The translations under genes were made by a program, and so were the position numbers. The notes beneath the pieces are model-generated. The model was not told the DNA's origin and ran no database searches. It saw only the letters and a list, made by a program, of their open reading frames with translations. DNA of 26,353 nt, taken from assembly GCA_030623125.1 (NCBI GenBank), contig JAUXMQ010000001.1, positions 1 through 26,353 of the forward strand, read 5' to 3'. Of this stretch, positions 19,397 to 26,353 are shown piece by piece (the stretch's first letter is position 1; each line of letters opens with the position of its first letter). Origin of the DNA: Acidimicrobiia bacterium (GTDB taxonomy: Bacteria > Actinomycetota > Acidimicrobiia > Spongiisociales > ZC4RG35).

Positions 19397-19857
19397 CGGC
19401 AGCCACGATCAGCATCGTCACCGCCCGGAAGGTGGCTGCGTCGGTGGTTGATCCTGAGATTCCGGTTCTGACGATTGATGATCTGGGGATTCTCAGGTCG
19501 GTCGTGGTAGACGAGGGTCGTGTGATCGTGACTATCACCCCGACCTACTCGGGTTGCCCGGCGATGGGCCAGATGGAGGACGACATCGTCACCGCCTTCG
19601 AAAGGATCGGAGTTGAGGGTGTCGAGGTCGTAACCGTTCACTTTCCGGCATGGTCCACCGACTGGATCAGTGAGGATGGTCAGCGCAAGCTGAGGCAGTT
19701 CGGTATCGCACCGGCGGTCTCCGAACAAGACCTGACGTGCCCGCGGTGCGACGCCTCGACGCCAACAATGATCGCCCGCTTCGGTTCTACCGCATGCAAG
19801 GCCCTGATGGTGTGTTCATCCTGTGGTGAGCCCTTCGACTTCTTCAAACCGTTCTGA
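19393..19857 (+). CDS. paaD: Phenylacetyl-CoA epoxidase subunit D
   Basis: V.DPEIPVLTI.DLG, TPTYSGCPAM, PAWSTDW and CPRC...CKAL..C..C.EPFDFFK. Start at GTG 19393 (GTGA overlap) or ATG 19390. Confidence 0.93.
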   Translation: MTAATISIVTARKVAASVVDPEIPVLTIDDLGILRSVVVDEGRVIVTITPTYSGCPAMGQMEDDIVTAFERIGVEGVEVVTVHFPAWSTDWISEDGQRKLRQFGIAPAVSEQDLTCPRCDASTPTMIARFGSTACKALMVCSSCGEPFDFFKPF

Positions 19858-20930
19858 TGAGTGATCTCGAATTTCATCGGTTGAGTGTCACCGAGGTGAG
19901 CCCTCTCACCGACGACTCCGTGACAGTCAGCCTCGATGTTCCCGACGAGTTATCCGAGACGTTCGCCTACCTGCCTGGACAGCACGTAACCGTGCGAGCC
20001 TTCATCGATGGCGAGGACGTTCGCAGGTCGTATTCGATCTGTGCAAACGCCAACTCTCACAAGTTGCGGGTCGGAGTCAAGCGGCTCTCCGGAGGAGCGT
20101 TCAGCACCTACGCAACCTCTGATCTCGAGGCGGGCGACATGCTCGACGTCATGGCTCCGGTGGGTGAGTTCACCATCGAGATCAACCCGGCGAGCCCTCG
20201 TCGGGCTGTGGCCATCGCGTCTGGTTCCGGCATCACACCTGTGATGTCGCTGATCGCGACCTCCCTGGAGAGTGAGCCATTGGCAAACTGGACGCTGCTG
20301 TTTGGCAACCGAACCGCAAGCAGCATCATGTTCCTTGAGGAATTGGAGGGGCTGAAGGACCGCTACAAGAGCCGATTCCAACTCTTCCACCTGCTCAGCA
20401 GGGAGGGCTCCGACGTGCCGCTTCTCTCCGGTCGGATTGACGAGGAGAAGATGCTGACGATTCATGATCGGCTGTTGGGTGGCGCCCCGGTCGATGGCTG
20501 GTACCTGTGTGGTCCTTACGAGATGGTGATGATGGCGAAGGAGACCCTTCAGAACCTGGGTATCCCGCAAGACCGCATTCATGACGAGCTGTTCTTCGCC
20601 GGTCCCGTCGACCCCACGACATTGCCCCCTGAGCCACCACCCGGGGAGGGTGCCATCGAGCTGACGGTGATCCTCGACGGGCGGGCCGTGGACACCCGAA
20701 TGTCGTCCGAGACATCAATACTCGATGCTGCGCTTCGGGTTCGCCCCGAGCTGCCCTTTTCCTGCAAGGGTGGGATGTGCGCAACCTGCAAGGGGAGGAT
20801 CGAGGATGGCAAAGTGACAATGACCAAGAACTACGCCTTGATCGATGAAGAGGTGGAGGCGGGATATGTTCTCACCTGTCAGTCGCACCCGGTGTCTGAC
20901 CGGGTTGTGGTTCGATACGACCACCGCTAG
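19857..20930 (+). CDS. paaE: Phenylacetyl-CoA epoxidase reductase subunit E (FAD/NAD, 2Fe-2S)
   Basis: PGQH, RRSYSIC, GSGITP, LCGP and PFSCKGGMCATC...VLTCQS. Confidence 0.95.
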   Translation: MSDLEFHRLSVTEVSPLTDDSVTVSLDVPDELSETFAYLPGQHVTVRAFIDGEDVRRSYSICANANSHKLRVGVKRLSGGAFSTYATSDLEAGDMLDVMAPVGEFTIEINPASPRRAVAIASGSGITPVMSLIATSLESEPLANWTLLFGNRTASSIMFLEELEGLKDRYKSRFQLFHLLSREGSDVPLLSGRIDEEKMLTIHDRLLGGAPVDGWYLCGPYEMVMMAKETLQNLGIPQDRIHDELFFAGPVDPTTLPPEPPPGEGAIELTVILDGRAVDTRMSSETSILDAALRVRPELPFSCKGGMCATCKGRIEDGKVTMTKNYALIDEEVEAGYVLTCQSHPVSDRVVVRYDHR

Positions 20931-21505
20931 TGATTTCAGTCCGCAACACCCGGTCGGACGTGATTCACGCGGCAGGCCGTCTGTTCGCCGAACGCGGCTA
21001 TCACGGCACCTCGATGCGGGATCTCGGCAAGGAGCTCGGGTTGCTCGGCTCCTCGCTCTACTCCCATGTCGAATCCAAGCAGGATCTTCTGGTCGAGGTG
21101 GTCGAAGAGGGGGCACGGCTCTTCGAAGCGGTGGCGGAGCAAGCCAGAGCGACACCGGGAACCGCCCGCGATCGGCTGGCCGCTCTTGTGGCCGGGCATG
21201 TCAACGTGGTGCTCGACAATGTCAATGTCGCCCGAACATTCCTCAACGAGGCTCGCATGCTCGATGCCGAGCATCGAGAGCGAATAGTCGAGGCCAGGGA
21301 TCATTACGAAGGGGTGTTCCGGTCGGTTTTGGCCGATGGGGTGGGTGATGGGTCGTTTCGTTCCGACATCGATCCCAAGACGAGCTCCATCTACATACTC
21401 TCGGTTCTCAACGCACTGGAGCGCTGGTATGACCCTGCTGGGCCATTGGACCGGGACGAACTGATCGGCGACCTGACCACCTTCCTCATTACCGGGATCG
21501 GGTGA
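20930..21505 (+). CDS. TetR-family regulator, probable PaaR-type repressor
   Basis: A.RLFAERGYHGTSMRDL...LG....SLYSH..SK helix-turn-helix. Translationally coupled (TAGTG) as the last gene of paaABCDE. Confidence 0.9.
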   Translation: MISVRNTRSDVIHAAGRLFAERGYHGTSMRDLGKELGLLGSSLYSHVESKQDLLVEVVEEGARLFEAVAEQARATPGTARDRLAALVAGHVNVVLDNVNVARTFLNEARMLDAEHRERIVEARDHYEGVFRSVLADGVGDGSFRSDIDPKTSSIYILSVLNALERWYDPAGPLDRDELIGDLTTFLITGIG

Positions 21506-21572
21506 GGCTCGACCCCTTTCTATCCGGTGTTAGTGGACTGGTAGGGTTCAGCCACATTCGAAAAGGAGACTC

Positions 21573-21839
21573 ATGGTTGGAAGACCCGGAATGAGAAGGA
21601 CCGCTCGTCGCACGTCTCGTCGCACATCACGCCGGGTGAGTCGGCGACAATCGGGAGTGCAGGAAGCTGCCGCGCCACCACCCGAGCAGGCACCGCCGCC
21701 GCCTCCTCCCGAGCCGGTCGCACCCCCTCCCCAGGAGGAGGACAAGTACGCCAAGCTCAAAGAGGCCAAAGAGCTTCTCGATGCAGGCATCCTCACCGAG
21801 GAAGAGTTCGCCGCCGAGAAAGCCAAGATCCTCGGCTAA
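21573..21839 (+). CDS. Small SHOCT-domain protein with an Arg-rich N-terminus and Pro-rich linker
   Basis: C-terminal LKEAKELLDAGILTEEEFAAEKAKIL is a SHOCT pattern. AAGGAG SD and a TAGGGT -10 candidate at 21542-21547. Confidence 0.85.
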   Translation: MVGRPGMRRTARRTSRRTSRRVSRRQSGVQEAAAPPPEQAPPPPPPEPVAPPPQEEDKYAKLKEAKELLDAGILTEEEFAAEKAKILG

Positions 21840-21884
21840 CGACCGAGATCCCGTCGCGCCCACCGCGGCGATCGGGGGTGAAGC

Positions 21885-23075
21885 ATGAAAGTAGTCCTCG
21901 CCTATTCCGGTGGTCTCGACACATCAGTGATCCTCGCCTGGCTCAGGGAGGAGTACGACGCAGAGGTGATCGCTTACACCGCCGATGTCGGTCAGGGCGC
22001 CGAGGTCGCCGAGGCTGCGGAGAAAGCCCTCGCCACCGGGGCTGTCGCCGGAATTGTCGACGACCTCAAGGAGTCGTTTGTCAGCGATGCCGTCTTCCCG
22101 GCGATCCGGGCAGCCGCGGTGTACGAGAACGAGTACCTTCTCGGCACCTCCCTGGCGCGTCCGATCATCAGCCAGGGACTTGTCGCAACGGCCCGCGAAT
22201 ACGGAGCCGACGCCATTTCGCACGGAGCCACCGGCAAGGGGAACGATCAGGTTCGATTTGAGCTTTCGACGGCGGCGCTTGCTCCCGACCTGAAAACGAT
22301 CGCCCCCTGGCGCGAATGGGATCTTGCCGGGCGAAGCGATCTGATGGCATACGCCGAGGCCAGGGGTATTTCGGTCCCGGTGACGAGGGAAGCGCCATAC
22401 TCAATGGACGCCAATCTCTTTCATATCTCCTATGAGGGGGGTGTCCTCGAGGATCCGTGGGCCGACCCGCCGGCCGACATGTTCCGGATGACGGTTGATC
22501 CCGCGGACGCTCCCGATGACCCTCGCGAGCTGACCATCGGATTCGAGTCCGGCACCCCGGTATCGATAGACGGGAAGAGTATGGGGCCGGTGGAGCTTCT
22601 TGCCGGTCTCAACGAGATCGGCGGACGTCACGGCATCGGCCGTGTCGACATCGTCGAGAACCGGTTCGTAGGCATCAAGAGCCGTGGTGTTTACGAGACA
22701 CCCGGAGGAACGATTCTTCATATCGGCCGCCGGGCGGTGGAGTCGATCGCACTCGACCGTGAGGTGCTTCACCTGCGTGACGATCTGATGACCCGTTATG
22801 CCAGGATCGTCTACAACGGGTTCTGGTTCTCGCCGGAGCGGATAGCTCTTCAGGAGACGATGGACTCGATTCAGGAGCCGGTGACAGGCGAAGCCCGTCT
22901 CGTCCTCTACAAAGGATCGGCTCGGGTCGTGGGGCGCCGGTCGCCGAACAGTCTGTACGACCCCGGAGTGGCCACCTTCGAAGCCGATGATGTCTATCGC
23001 CAGGCCGATGCCGAAGGGTTCATCAGTCTCAATGCCCTGAGGATTCGTGGCTACGGGACCGGATCGAAGTCGTGA
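21885..23075 (+). CDS. argG: Argininosuccinate synthase
   Basis: [33 protein letters not shown] and [19 protein letters not shown]. Confidence 0.98.
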   Translation: MKVVLAYSGGLDTSVILAWLREEYDAEVIAYTADVGQGAEVAEAAEKALATGAVAGIVDDLKESFVSDAVFPAIRAAAVYENEYLLGTSLARPIISQGLVATAREYGADAISHGATGKGNDQVRFELSTAALAPDLKTIAPWREWDLAGRSDLMAYAEARGISVPVTREAPYSMDANLFHISYEGGVLEDPWADPPADMFRMTVDPADAPDDPRELTIGFESGTPVSIDGKSMGPVELLAGLNEIGGRHGIGRVDIVENRFVGIKSRGVYETPGGTILHIGRRAVESIALDREVLHLRDDLMTRYARIVYNGFWFSPERIALQETMDSIQEPVTGEARLVLYKGSARVVGRRSPNSLYDPGVATFEADDVYRQADAEGFISLNALRIRGYGTGSKS

Positions 23076-24421
23076 CTCTGTGGGGCGGCAGATTCGAGGG
23101 CTCGCTTTCAGAGGCGATGTGGGAATTCACCACAGACAAGTCTGATCGCCGTCTCCTCCAGGTGGATATCGAAGGCTCGATCGCACACGTCGAGATGCTT
23201 GGCGCCACCGAAGTCATTGAGCCCGAAGAGGCGCAGACTCTGGTCGCGGGGCTTCGGTCGATTCTCGCCGAGGCGGAAGCCGGCGAGTTTGCGTTCCAGA
23301 CCACGGACGAGGATGTTCACACCGCGGTCGAGCGCCGGTTGGGCGAGTTGGTTGGAGAGACGGCCGGCAAGCTGCACACCGGTCGTTCGCGAAACGATCA
23401 GGTTGCACTCGATCTTCGTCTCTATCTGGTCCGGGCCGGGGGTCGGCGCATAGAGCAGCTTCATAAACTCGCCGGCACCATCACCCGGTTGGCCGAATCC
23501 CACGCCGAAACGGTTGTTGCGTCGTACACCCATTTGCAGCAAGCCCAACCGACCACGCTGGGTCATCATCTTCTTGCGTACGCATGGATGGCCATGAGAG
23601 GAGCGGAGAGATTCAACGATGCGGCAAAGAGAATCGCAGTTTCCCCTCTCGGGTCCGGAGCCTCGTCCGGATCCTCTCTTCCTCTCGACCGTGACGCCGT
23701 CGCCAGGCATCTCGAACTTGACGGTGTGATTCCCAACTCCCTCGATGCGGTGGGATCGAGGGACTTTGTCTCCGAGTATGTGTTCTGCTGTGCCCAGTCG
23801 ATGATCGAACTGTCGAGACTTGCCGAGGAGATAATCCTTTGGTCAACCAGGGAGTTCGGATGGGTGTCTCTCAGCGACGAGGTGAGTACCGGCTCGTCGG
23901 CCCTGCCTCAGAAGCGGAACCCCGATATCGCGGAGTTGATCCGGGGGCGCGCCGGCATCGTGGTCGGTGACATGACCGCGATCCTCTCGCTGCAAAAAGC
24001 CCTGCCACTCGCTTACAACCGTGATCTCCAGGAAGACAAGAGGATCGTCTTTCATGCCGACGATACGCTGGGATCGGGATTGGGGGCCATGGTGGAATTG
24101 CTCGGCGGGCTGGAGTTTCATCCCCCTGCGCCTGGTCCAGACACAGTGAGTCTCGATATTGCCGAAGTCATGGTGCGTCGTGGAGTTCCGTTTCGCGAGG
24201 CTCACAGGCTGGTGGGAGAGTTGGTGAGTCTTCTCGAATCCCGTGGGAAGACTCTGTCAGACGCAACGCTCGACGAACTCCACGAAGTGGATCAACGTTT
24301 TGTCGAGGCAGATCTCGATCGTCTCGACCCGACCGACTCGGTCAGGGCGCGAGCAACATCCGGGTCGGGTTATCCTGACTCGGTGCGTGCTCAGATTGAT
24401 GAAATCCGGCGACGCATCTGA
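23072..24421 (+). CDS. argH: Argininosuccinate lyase
   Basis: [34 protein letters not shown] and [13 protein letters not shown] overlap with argG. Confidence 0.97.
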   Translation: MTLWGGRFEGSLSEAMWEFTTDKSDRRLLQVDIEGSIAHVEMLGATEVIEPEEAQTLVAGLRSILAEAEAGEFAFQTTDEDVHTAVERRLGELVGETAGKLHTGRSRNDQVALDLRLYLVRAGGRRIEQLHKLAGTITRLAESHAETVVASYTHLQQAQPTTLGHHLLAYAWMAMRGAERFNDAAKRIAVSPLGSGASSGSSLPLDRDAVARHLELDGVIPNSLDAVGSRDFVSEYVFCCAQSMIELSRLAEEIILWSTREFGWVSLSDEVSTGSSALPQKRNPDIAELIRGRAGIVVGDMTAILSLQKALPLAYNRDLQEDKRIVFHADDTLGSGLGAMVELLGGLEFHPPAPGPDTVSLDIAEVMVRRGVPFREAHRLVGELVSLLESRGKTLSDATLDELHEVDQRFVEADLDRLDPTDSVRARATSGSGYPDSVRAQIDEIRRRI

Positions 24422-24424
24422 GTT

Positions 24425-25453
24425 TTAGCCACCGTTGGGTGATTGTGCCTCGACCGTCCACGTCCCGTGTGACCTGATGAGTTTCTCCAGGTCACCTTCG
24501 CCGAGTTGCTCCGTCGCCTTGTCGACCTGAGCGTTGAGCTCGGCGTCGTAGGTGGGGCGTTCGACGTTTCGGAAGATACCGAGCGGCGTCGGCCCATACG
24601 GTCCGTGAGACAGACGACTCAGTGCGAAGGCGATGGCCGGATCCGGCCTCGTCTCGTCGTGAACCAGGATTGCGTTGGGGTCGACCGAAGACGATTCCAC
24701 GACTGTGGCCTGCCCCTCACGCATCACTACTGCCTTTGATCCGCCGTCGAAGACGATCGGCTTTCCGTGTTGTAGATCGATGCGATTGTGAACCCGCTCT
24801 TCTTTTCCGGTGACCTGGATGAACGCTTTATCGTTGAAGACGTTGCAATTCTGGTAGATCTCGATGAAGGCGGACCCCTCGTGCTCGTATGCGGCCTTGA
24901 GAAGCGCCTGAGTGTGATTGCGATCCATATCGAGGGTGCGAGCCACGAAAGTCGCTTCGGCTCCAAGCGCGAGCGACACCGGGTTGAACGGATAGTCGAT
25001 TGACCCGAACGGGGATGATTTGGTCGTCTTGCCCACTTCCGACGTGGGTGAGTATTGACCCTTGGTCAAACCGTAGATCTGGTTGTTGAACAAGAGGATC
25101 TTCAGGTTTACATTTCGGCGGAGGACGTGGATCAGGTGGTTGCCGCCGATGGAGAGAGCGTCGCCGTCACCGGTGATCACCCAGACGGATAGGTCGGGTC
25201 GGGTCGTCGCCACGCCTGTTGCGATCGCCGGAGCTCTTCCGTGGATCGAGTGCATCCCGAAGGTCTTCATGTAGTAGGGGAACCGTGAGGCGCAACCGAT
25301 CCCCGAGATAAAGACGAACTCTTCGCGTGGACGGCCCAGAGCGGCGACGAACTGTTGCACCGATGCGAGGATCGTGTAGTCACCACACCCGGGACACCAG
25401 CGCACCTCTTGGTCCGTCTGGAAGTCGGCCCTTGTGTATGAGGGGGTAGTCAT
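24425..25453 (-). CDS. korB: 2-oxoacid:ferredoxin oxidoreductase beta subunit (KorB-like)
   Basis: WCPGCGD, SGIGC.SR, HGRA, GDGD (TPP) and NN.IYGLTKGQYSPT. Substrate (2-oxoglutarate or other) cannot be determined from the sequence. Confidence 0.9.
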   Translation of the reverse strand: MTTPSYTRADFQTDQEVRWCPGCGDYTILASVQQFVAALGRPREEFVFISGIGCASRFPYYMKTFGMHSIHGRAPAIATGVATTRPDLSVWVITGDGDALSIGGNHLIHVLRRNVNLKILLFNNQIYGLTKGQYSPTSEVGKTTKSSPFGSIDYPFNPVSLALGAEATFVARTLDMDRNHTQALLKAAYEHEGSAFIEIYQNCNVFNDKAFIQVTGKEERVHNRIDLQHGKPIVFDGGSKAVVMREGQATVVESSSVDPNAILVHDETRPDPAIAFALSRLSHGPYGPTPLGIFRNVERPTYDAELNAQVDKATEQLGEGDLEKLIRSHGTWTVEAQSPNGG

Positions 25454-26352
25454 TCGACCATTTCCCGAATCTTTTCCATGATCTCCGAAATCTTGAATGG
25501 CTCGCCCGAGACCTTGTTCAGGCCGGTGGCATCAATGAGAAACTCGGCCCGTATTACCTTCATCAGTTGTCCTGTGTTGAGTTCGGGGATGAGGATCTTG
25601 TCGTATGAGCGGAGCAAGTCGCCCAGATTGTTGGGCAACGGGTTGAGATATCTCAGGTGTGTGGTGGCGACCTTGCGACCTTCTAGCCGAGACCTATTGG
25701 CAGCGGCCCGGATCGAGCCGAAGGTCGATCCCCATCCGAGGACCAGGATCTCGGCATCTTCGTCACCATTGATCTCCAACTGGGGGATGTCGTTGGCGAT
25801 GTTGGCCACCTTCCACGCTCTGGTGTCGGTCATCAATTGGTGGTTGTTTGGGTCGTATGAGACATCACCGGAAAGGGCATCCTTCTCCAGTCCACCCACC
25901 CGATGCTCCAGTCCGGCCGTTCCAGGAATCGCCCAGGGCCGGGCGAAGGTGTCGACATTTCGCATGTAGGGTAGGAACTTCCCATCGGGTCCATTCGGGT
26001 GTTTGGCGTACTCGACGTCGATCTCGGGAATGGAGTCGAGGTCTGGCAGGCGCCAGGGCTCGGAGGCGTTTGCCACGGAGTTGTCGCTCAACAAGATCAC
26101 CGGCGTCATGTACTTGACGGCGATCCGAGCGGCCTCGATTGCCATGAGGAAGGCTTCCGACGGGGTGGCAATGGCAAGGACAGGGAGGGGGGACTCACCA
26201 TGGCGACCGTAAAGCGAGAATAGGAGATCGGACTGTTCCGGTTTGGTCGGAAGTCCCGTCGAAGGACCACCGCGTTGCACATTGATGATGATCAGCGGAA
26301 GCTCGAGCATGAAGGCAAGTGAGATGCCTTCGCTCTTCAAAGCCATCCCGGG
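25450..26352 (-). CDS. korA: 2-oxoacid:ferredoxin oxidoreductase alpha subunit (KorA-like); N-terminus lies outside the window
   Basis: PGMALK.EG, ELPL.I.NVQRGGPSTGLPTK.EQSDL, GRHGESP, GWGSTFG and PELN.GQL. ATGA overlap with the beta gene. Confidence 0.9.
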   Translation of the reverse strand, partial: PGMALKSEGISLAFMLELPLIIINVQRGGPSTGLPTKPEQSDLLFSLYGRHGESPLPVLAIATPSEAFLMAIEAARIAVKYMTPVILLSDNSVANASEPWRLPDLDSIPEIDVEYAKHPNGPDGKFLPYMRNVDTFARPWAIPGTAGLEHRVGGLEKDALSGDVSYDPNNHQLMTDTRAWKVANIANDIPQLEINGDEDAEILVLGWGSTFGSIRAAANRSRLEGRKVATTHLRYLNPLPNNLGDLLRSYDKILIPELNTGQLMKVIRAEFLIDATGLNKVSGEPFKISEIMEKIREMVE

Positions 26353-26353
26353 A

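Noticed and set aside
21506-21553. Long imperfect hairpin after the TetR gene
   Set aside because: Only about 9 interrupted outer pairs, no U-tract, and it overlaps the next predicted -10; too weak to call.
23884-23925. ArgH signature variant [10 protein letters not shown] (usually GSSxMPxKxN)
   Set aside because: The catalytic Ser, Lys and Asn are retained and the change is conservative; not evidence of a new function.

Overview
A gene-dense, high-GC (visually about 60-65%) chromosomal window. The gene set, the Actinobacteria/Firmicutes-type SOS box and the many TANNNT leaderless starts point to Actinomycetota, probably Acidimicrobiia-like (inference). Order: partial DUF1385 gene, prfA, an antisense small membrane protein gene, prmC, tsaC, glyA, an LLM oxidoreductase, an antisense DUF222-HNH gene, a complete H+-type F1Fo operon (atpZ/I-like, atpI, B, E, F, H, A, G, D, C), an SRPBCC gene, an ABC-F ATPase, a CDF transporter, paaABCDE plus a TetR regulator, an Arg-rich SHOCT protein gene, argG, argH, and a 2-oxoacid:ferredoxin oxidoreductase (beta complete, alpha partial). 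I saw no rRNA, tRNA, CRISPR array or classical transposase. The best signals are non-coding. (1) A perfect LexA box overlaps a near-consensus leaderless promoter and the start codon of the DUF222-HNH gene. (2) A Rex/CRP-type palindrome sits just downstream of the predicted atp -10 element. (3) A perfect 20-bp palindrome matching the PaaR consensus sits in the paa promoter. (4) At least five genes appear to be leaderless. At protein level, ATP synthase beta gains a Glu and gamma loses one in normally conserved, mutually contacting segments. I found no wholly new multi-gene system that I can support.
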